Assembly: GCA_002104905.1 (NCBI GenBank)
Contig: MCFE01000450.1
Location: 9,062 to 73,061, forward strand
Length of the DNA: 64,000 nt
Direction: 5' to 3'
DNA from: Basidiobolus meristosporus CBS 931.73
Lineage: Eukaryota; Fungi; Basidiobolomycota
The position numbers were made by a program, and so were the translations under genes. Positions 58,641 through 64,000 of the stretch are shown piece after piece. Numbering within the stretch: position 1 is the stretch's first letter; every line of letters begins with the position of its first letter. A model generated the notes under the pieces. It had not been told where the DNA came from. It saw only the letters and a program-made list of their open reading frames with translations, and made no database searches.

Positions 58641-58950
58641 GAAACCCAGTGGTGGTGGCAGACTAATTCGAATGCGATCGGAGTGGACGACCGGTTGGTC
58701 GAAAGGCACCATAGGCTCGATGGGAAATGATGGGAAAGTCGGATCCAATCAGGAGGATCCCGATAGAAAACGGAGGAAAAAAAAAGGGAGCCGTCCCAGA
58801 GGGGATCCATACTAAGCTGGATTCCGCGGTTTGGTTCACCTACGCTCCTGCTGGAAGAAGACTTCGTGGAAACCGTTCGGTCGAAAAGTCTCGTCGTCAG
58901 AAGCTTGCCCTCGCTGTATCCCTCTCGAAACCCACCTCCACACCTTGAAC

Positions 58951-59671
58951 ATGACCTCCACCAACCCCGCAAACGTCGCTGGCGCCCGGGCCATCCCAGT
59001 GGTGAGAAGAGCTGAGCCTGGTGCCCCTATCCCCGCCGATTACAGCACCACCCCTCACGGCACCATCTTCTCCACCACCCCAGGAGGTTTGTTACTTTCT
59101 ACTGGATCCCACCCCCTTCCCCCTCGGAAGTTTCCTTCCTAGCCCCCCCCCCACTTGAACGACTCTAGCTTAGCAGCCAACCCGAACCAACCGAACCTTG
59201 CCACACCCACCGACCTCTCACCCCTTCGCCACAAGTTGTTCGCGCGGGAACCGGTTACTCACGAACCATTCTACTTGTAGGAACCAAAATCATCTACGAT
59301 CGAAGCACTCTCATGCAGCTGCGTAACTCCCCTCTGTCCAGAACCCCTCCCACCAACCTCCCCTTCATCCCAGGGGTGACCAGAGCCTCGGTCGGCTCCG
59401 TCCCCCACTCCCACTCCCACCTCCAACATTCCTTCACCCCCGCCTCGTTGCTTCAGACGCAGGAAGAGGAGAGCGACGCCGCGGAGGAAGACAGCGACGA
59501 GCATGACGAACAGGGTAAGTCCAGCCGCGGGGAACCCCCACCACCCCCTTCCCGCGCACTCTCACTCTCACTCTCACTCTCGCTTTCACTCGCCCCCGTA
59601 CTAACCCTCGCTCGTCTATTCACGTAGATAAACACAAGGACGCCGATGTATTCGATATGGAAATGGAATAA
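58951..59671 (+). CDS. EIF4EBP: eIF4E-binding protein (4E-BP family), 3 exons: 58951-59086, 59281-59514, 59628-59671; 137 aa
   Basis: RAIP motif, [24 protein letters not shown] (YxxxxL-phi), [15 protein letters not shown] and C-terminal TOS-like FDMEM. GT-AG introns with a TACTAAC branch point in intron 2; the frame closes exactly. Confidence 0.95.
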
Positions 59672-59706
59672 ACGAGGGGATTTTAATGGATTGCTTCTGT
59701 GACGGT

Positions 59707-62127
59707 TTAGATGTTCTGGGGTGGTTGGATGGACGGGGTGTGGAAGGGAGAGGGGGAGTGGGAGCGGGAGCGGGAGCGGGGATGCGGGTGGACCGAAGGA
59801 TTCCTAGGGATTGGGGAAGAGCAGAGGTCAGGTTGGGTGTTGGTAAAATCCATGGTCTAGTGGGTTCACTCACCCCTCGATCCAGAGGATGAATATCCCG
59901 TTCGCGACAAGGGACACCACCACGATGCTGTACATCCAACAGTTGTTCACCAATATGCTTAATCCAAGAGCCGCTGCTTGCCCTTTGAAGGTGTCGGCAT
60001 CAACATTCAGTCTGGGGGAGGGGCCAAGGGTTAGATGATGGAAGCGGAGGTGGGGGTGGGGGTGGCAATGGGTTCTACCTATGAATGGCAAACTCCGGAC
60101 TTTTGTCGAAGAAGAAATCCCCGTAGAACCAGCCGTAACTGCCCATCAGCTCGAACGCGTTGGCCGCCATCCACAGGTGCATGAACAACAAAAACTGGAC
60201 TCGGGTTAGAGAGGCGGAGGGCTGCGTCGGTTGGTATGATCCACTTACCAGGCCCAGCAGGTGCTGAAGAAGGATGGAGGAGCTCCACTCGGTCGGTACT
60301 GTGTAGCCGTTCAGTGCGACGATCAACACGGACACGTAGGCCATGCTGAGGGAGAGTTGGTAAATGCTGGATGCTCAGGTTAGGCGCACGTGACCGGAGG
60401 GGGATTCAATTGGGATCGGTTGCTTACTTGGACCAGTTCTCAAAGGCATCCCGAACACCGCCACCAAAGGCCACGAAGTGGTTGATCCAGAAGCGCCGCT
60501 TCCGTTGCAAGTACAGTATGGCGCCCAGGCCACAGCTGTGGAAGAGCTTCCACGCCAGGCAGTGGACGACCAGGAACCAGTTCAACGCGGACGCGGAGAG
60601 GGTGGCCACAATCGGGGTCAGGATCGCACAGTACACCACGATCAGTAACACGAATATATCGGCCGATCGAAAGAGATCCAGCACGAGCACAGTCTGCCCA
60701 CCGAGATGGCTCTGAGGGCTAGGGTCTGTGGGGGACGGATACTTCCTACGGTGCTCTCTGGCCGTGTCTACACCAAAGGGTCAGAAATGGCGTGGGGTGG
60801 ACAGCGCGGCAGGGTTACTTACGGGGATTCTCCACGAAAAGGATGAACAGGAGTTGAGTGACGTGAGCCAGAAGGCTGCCCCAAAGAACGGTGTAGCTGG
60901 AGGTGATGAGCGTCATGCCATAATAGCCGACGCACCCGATGGTGTCAAATAGGGAGGCCCAGCTATTCGGCTGGCTGAAGGGGGTTTTGTCCGATTGGAA
61001 GAAGAAGCATCCCCAGTCTAAAGGAAACGAAGGTTGGTTAGGGTCCAATGTGACTTTAGGGGGGCGGGGGAACGTACACACGGAGTGGTTCTCCGGCGAG
61101 CTGTGGATGTTGATCTGGATCCGTAGTTGAAACAGGATGAGGCCGACGCCTATACCCCACCTCAGCGCCAACGCAAAGATGGTCGACTCCGACGAGATCC
61201 GGAAGAAGGATAGGGCAAAGCACACGTATGAGAAGAAATCGTTGACCACAACCAAATCCACCAGCTGGCGAAACAAGAGCCACGTGTTGAATTCGATGGG
61301 ACTTTCCTGAGGGGATAGAAAACGGGTCAATGAACTGCGTCCCGGATGGTGCTTGCTGGATCCCTACCTCGCACGAATAGTCTTCCCCCATCTTGCTCCG
61401 GAGAATGGACAGGATAAACGGGTGCTGGGCGGAGCCTTCGGAGAACCAACGCCGCTCATTGAGGAATCGCACCAGACCGTGGTCCCGGCTTTGATATCGG
61501 AGCAGCAGGCCGATCCCGAGGTGGTGGAGCGATCGCCAGAACAGGAAGGAATATATAAAGAAGCTCTGGCGGACCGCATCCTCAAGTATGAAAAACAGGG
61601 AGATCTGGCCGAAGAATGTACATAGAGTCAGGTATTCGACGATGGATTTGTCCACCTCGGGGTCGAATAGAGTGGTGAAGACATCGGGGATATAGGGAAG
61701 TTTGAATGCTGTGATGGATCAGCATGTTAGCATCGGTCAATGGGGGAGCGTGATGGGACCAACCAACCTTGTCCGGTGGGAGTTTTGGCGTATGTGATAT
61801 GGGACCCCTTCTCAGGTTGCGTGGGTGGGAGAAGACAGGAATGCATTAGGACCGGGCTGGTCTGGAAAGTATATTCAGTAGGATGTTCCGCATACATCGT
61901 GTTGGTATATTCAGTAGGATTAGGCTATGGACAGGTAGTGAAGACTACAACGAAGAGATACAAGGGTAGAGAACACGAGGCCGGGTGAGCAATTACCGTC
62001 AATCACACAAGGACATATTTGGCCGGCCGGTGGATTAAGGTTCGCTGCCTTTATATCGATTCCATCCCACGATCGACCCAATTTGGCCACCAAGTTACTG
62101 CCTACCACCTGGCAATTTTTGCGTCAT
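59707..62127 (-). CDS. CHO2: Phosphatidylethanolamine N-methyltransferase-like (CHO2/PEMT duplicated-domain) membrane protein, multi-exon, roughly 570 aa
   Basis: PDVFTTLFDP, FLFWRSLHHLGIG, PIEFNTWLLFRQLVDL..NDF, spliced YWGCFFF, VGYYG..SYTVL..LAHVTQL..VENP, DLFRSAD, NIYQLSLSMAYV, GWFYGDFFF; GTAAGT/GTACGT donors. First and last exons are uncertain (alternative stop at 59870). Confidence 0.8.
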
Positions 62128-62630
62128 CCAGTGATATTGAGAGGACCGCCATGCCAATAGGAGGAGAAGCCACCGTGCCAACCAGGCGATCTGGTGAATG
62201 TTACGTTCTTGGTTAATTCATCTTGATCAAGCAGGGCTCAACATGTAAATTTCTGACTCGTCCAATTTTGGGTCACCATTTCCCAAATTCCCTTATCGGG
62301 CCGAAACGCTGGCCTATCATTTCATGCCAAGTTCTTGGGTGCGTCTCAGCACATCCGTCGGGCATCCGTCGGGCATCCTTGGGATCATTGGACGGTGGTT
62401 TGCATGTGTTTCCCTAAGATCTCTACGATCCGATGCTTATTGGCAAAACGCAGGATTGATTTATTGAACATTACACAAAAAATCTAAATGGTCCGTCTTA
62501 GCGAAAAGTCGCAAAGGTCGCACTATCGGTAGATACCATTTGGTGGCATTGGAATCGTCACCGCATTCCTTTCCCGTCTAACCTGCTCGACCGGTTTGCG
62601 AGCTCAAGAGTGGATGAGCGAGGTGGCTTC

Positions 62631-63577
62631 CTATTTGCTTCTCTTTTTGATTTTCTTTTTGGAAGCGTCGACCCGGCCTTTGCTGGGAGGAGGGGTGCTT
62701 TCGGGCGATGTGTTGGCTGACGATGATTCCCCTGCGGAATAGTCCTTGCCTCTGGCTCCATTGCTGTGTAGGCCATTGAGCTTTGCTCGTTTCTTGGGAG
62801 AGCTCACCTTCGTCTCCCCGTCATCCTCAATCTCGTATTCTTCTTCGCTCTCCGAACTGTCGGATAGTTTGGAATGACGTTTGCTCTTCGAGGAAGCCTT
62901 TCTTGAGCCCAGGCTTTCGTCGCTCGACTCGGAGGGATCCTCAGGGTCCGAGTAGCATAGCTTGGCTGACTCCGGAATGTCAGTAGGGGAGGCAAGGTTT
63001 ACCGCATCAAGGGTGGCGGCCGTTCCTTGCTTGGCTTTGTATTCTTCCAACTCTTTAAGGTACACTTCATTTTCCCGGATATGCCTTGTCAAGTAAACCT
63101 GAGGTGGGATTTGCAGGTTCATTTGTGTTCAGAAATACTGCCTCGAACGCTTCTACACTTACCGCTTTGTCGTCTTCGCTGAGTCCTTTCCAAGCAACCC
63201 CTAGCTCCCGCGAGACCTGTTGACTGGTGTAGTCGGGGAATTTCTTGCGGATCGTATCTCTTTCATCGTTGCAAAACATGATGTACGGGGTGAACGGCTT
63301 CTTGGGCGCGTTGGGATCTTTGACTGCTTTCTTTGGGAATAAGCCACCTTCGTTGTCTACCGCCTTCTTGTAGATCCCCGAGATTTTCGACATACTTAGC
63401 GCAAGTGTCGCGTAACTCTCGCTGAGCTGTGATGGGTGGGAATTGAATCGGTATGTTTAGTATGACAAGTAACCGCTTGGGATCCGAATCAATCTGAACA
63501 CGTACCATTAGGGCGTCAGCCACGCTCAGCTGGGCCAGCATAGTGGTCCCTGGATTGGCCTTTTTGGGTCTGGTCAT
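62631..63577 (-). CDS. HMG-box chromatin protein (Hmo1/HMGB-like), 3 exons: 63577-63506, 63426-63163, 63098-62631; 267 aa
   Basis: KDPNAPKKPFTPYIMF..DERDTIRKKFP..VSRELGVAWKGLSEDDKA|VY..ENEVYLKELEEY, then an acidic/Ser-rich stretch and a Lys-rich tail (KKKIKKRSK). Exon lengths 72, 264 and 468 keep frame. Confidence 0.9.
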
Positions 63578-64000
63578 AGCAGAGGGCTAAAGATAATTTT
63601 CAGGAGAGGAAAGGCGGGTGTCTACGTCTATGGCACGATGCTGATAAATACGAGGGAGAGGAGAGGAGAAGTGATGAATCCTGAATGATCGTTCTCAGCC
63701 CTTTTTGTGGTTGCGAATCAATGGAGGGGGTTGCAAGGAGGGGTGATTGATGGGCAAGTTTCCAGAGGGTTACGCCACTGGCAAATCGATTGGCTGGCGG
63801 GGGTGGATAAGGGGAGTTTGGCAGTCGCAAATGCTAGGGAGGGTTTGTGAGAAGGGACTCAGGGCCTAAACCTCTCACCTAGCCCCCCTCCCACTGTCCA
63901 TTCCCAGGCGATCAGTAGAGGGGAAATCTGGGGGCATTGGGAACAAAAGATCTGGGTCAAATGAGGGGATGTCGCTAGGACGAGCGAATTGATGAGGACT

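Noticed and set aside
58508-58972. ORFs 58508-58972, 58542-58748, 58555-58815 and 58727-58948 as genes
   Set aside because: They arise from GC-rich promoter sequence and the GAGCGC microsatellite (ERERER/RARARA) and have no recognisable domain.
62631-63577. HMG gene as a mating-type (sexP/sexM) locus
   Set aside because: The KDPNAPKKP box with acidic and Lys-rich tail is Hmo1/HMGB-like rather than MATA_HMG, and no triose-phosphate transporter or RNA helicase flank is visible.
63600-64000. ORF 63600-63830 or a fourth gene
   Set aside because: Low-complexity Pro/Ser-rich sequence with no motif; most likely the HMG gene 5' UTR and promoter.

Overview
Eukaryotic, almost certainly fungal DNA (short GT-AG introns with CTAAC branch points, fungal-type LTR elements). 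An animal-type 4E-BP gene points to a non-ascomycete lineage; the species cannot be identified from this window. The window has two compartments. Positions 1 to ~58,400 are an AT-rich, nearly CpG-free nest of transposons: three Ty3/Gypsy families (here A, B, C), two Ty1/Copia families (1, 2), a CACTA-type transposase relic, an intact CpG-free DDE_Tnp_4 (ISL2EU/Harbinger-like) transposase ORF, solo LTRs and unclassified repeats. Positions ~58,400 to 64,000 are a compact GC/CpG-rich gene island with an eIF4E-binding protein gene (+), a divergent CHO2/PEMT-like gene (-) and an HMG-box gene (-). The nesting order can be reconstructed from TSDs, PBSs and PPTs. The most notable observations are: CpG-focused C-to-T erosion of repeats that stops abruptly at the genes; apparent homogenisation of 3' ends between inverted element pairs (twice); repeated insertion of families into their own copies, leaving solo LTRs; a transposase ORF with no CpG over ~910 bp but intact catalytic residues; and a possibly catalytically dead CHO2 paralog. 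All comparisons were made by eye; coordinates marked ~ are approximate.
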